Of a DNA stretch of 64,000 nt, positions 63,007-64,000 are shown in pieces. Position 1 is the first letter of the stretch. Each line of letters opens with the position of its first letter. A program made the translations under genes and the position numbers. The DNA is from Spirochaetia bacterium (GTDB taxonomy: Bacteria; Spirochaetota; Spirochaetia; SZUA-6; Bin103). The notes beneath the pieces are model-generated. The model had not been told where the DNA came from. It saw nothing but the letters and a program-made list of their open reading frames with translations, and ran no database searches. Where the stretch lies: positions 1,856,001 to 1,920,000 of the forward strand of contig CBDAOI010000004.1 in the NCBI GenBank assembly GCA_965198005.1, written 5' to 3'.

Positions 63007-64000
63007 TTACCGCTGGTCGGAGGCGCCGCCCGCGCTGGCCAGGAACGAGCGGATGATGCGGGTCTGGCGCACCGTCTCGAGCAGGAACGAGTCGTGGCCG
63101 TGGGGGCTGTCGATCTCGACGTAGGAGACGTCGTTGCCGGCCTGCATCAGCGCGCTCACCATCGCCTTCGACTGCGCGGAAGGATACAGCCAGTCCGAGG
63201 TAAACGAGACCAGCAGGAACTTCGCCGCGGTGCCGGCAAACGCCCCGGCCAGCCCGCCGGCGTGACTGGTCAGATCGTAGTAGTCCATCGCCTTGGTGAT
63301 GTACAGGTAGGAGTTGGCGTCGAATTCCTCCGCGAACCGTGCGCCCTTGTGGTCCAGATAGCTCTCGACTTCGAACTCGTTGGAGAAGTCGTATTCGAAC
63401 CGATCGCGTTCCTGCAGCTTGCGTCCGAACCGTTTGCCGAGCGATTCATCCGACAGATAGGTGAGATGGCCGACCATGCGCGCGATCGCCAGCCCGCGCC
63501 GGGGGTGGCCGCGCCCGTAATAGGCGCCGTCGTACCAGTCCGGGTCGGCGGTGATGGCGTTGCGCCCGATCGCGTGGAAGGCGATGCCCTGGGCGGAGAT
63601 GGTTGCGGTGGAGGCGAGAATGACCGCCGACCGCACCATCTCCGGAAACCGCACGGTCCACTCCAGCGCCTGCATGCCACCCATCGAGCCGCCGGCGACG
63701 CAGTGCAGCTCGGTCAGTCCGAGGTGCTCCACCACCGCGCGCTGCGCCTGCACCATGTCGCCGATGGTGATGACCGGGAAGCTCAGTCCGAACGGCTTGC
63801 CGGTGGCGGGATTGATCGCGGCCGGCCCGGTGCTGCCATGGCAGCCGCCGATGAAGTTGGTGCACACCACGAAGTAGCGCTCGGTGTCGAACGCCTTGCC
63901 GGGTCCGATCATCGCATCCCACCAGCCGGGACGCCGGTCCTCGGGCGTGTGGTAGCCGGCCGCGTGGTGGCTGGCGGAGGTCGCGTGAAAGATCATTACG
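63007..64000 (-). CDS. metX: Homoserine O-acetyltransferase, 5' end outside window
   Basis: GWWDAMIGPGKA, GSTGP, GGSMGGMQ, FDANSYL, SDWLYP, HGHDSFL. Confidence 0.95.
   Translation of the reverse strand, partial: VMIFHATSASHHAAGYHTPEDRRPGWWDAMIGPGKAFDTERYFVVCTNFIGGCHGSTGPAAINPATGKPFGLSFPVITIGDMVQAQRAVVEHLGLTELHCVAGGSMGGMQALEWTVRFPEMVRSAVILASTATISAQGIAFHAIGRNAITADPDWYDGAYYGRGHPRRGLAIARMVGHLTYLSDESLGKRFGRKLQERDRFEYDFSNEFEVESYLDHKGARFAEEFDANSYLYITKAMDYYDLTSHAGGLAGAFAGTAAKFLLVSFTSDWLYPSAQSKAMVSALMQAGNDVSYVEIDSPHGHDSFLLETVRQTRIIRSFLASAGGASDQR

Overview
High-GC bacterial chromosomal window, most likely from a Spirochaetota genome. This is inferred from the infC(TTG)-rpmI-rplT-zapB-zapA / TPR / PilZ-like / tsaE-tsaB block and spirochaete-type WAAG/ARG...EE leaders on the binding proteins; the repertoire resembles host- or sponge-associated lineages. 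Intact backbone: modABC, malate synthase, pepF, Zn-ADH plus ABC exporter, mtnN, srkA, a sigma54-driven urtABCDE-ureABCFGD urea uptake/urease operon lacking ureE, a PIG-L deacetylase/glycosyltransferase/GNAT/MMPL cluster, hisI-hisG, mrfAB-like helicase/exonuclease, nagZ, lipoate ligase, tsaBE, pfkB kinase, zapAB, rplT-rpmI-infC, metW-metX. Interleaved are visibly lower-GC accessory patches: three paralogous family-5 ABC binding-protein loci (all damaged), a type III R-M system, two Rpn genes, two toxin-antitoxin modules whose toxins carry internal deletions, a shredded AAA-ATPase gene with its partner gene, and a defective IS1595-family element abutting a perfect 32-bp palindrome. The most notable structure is a ~4.4-kb ABC-transporter cassette with no mobility gene that sits inside, and splits, the ATPase partner gene, flanked by an 11/12-bp direct repeat. 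Many genes are riddled with internal deletions. No rRNA, tRNA or CRISPR array was seen.
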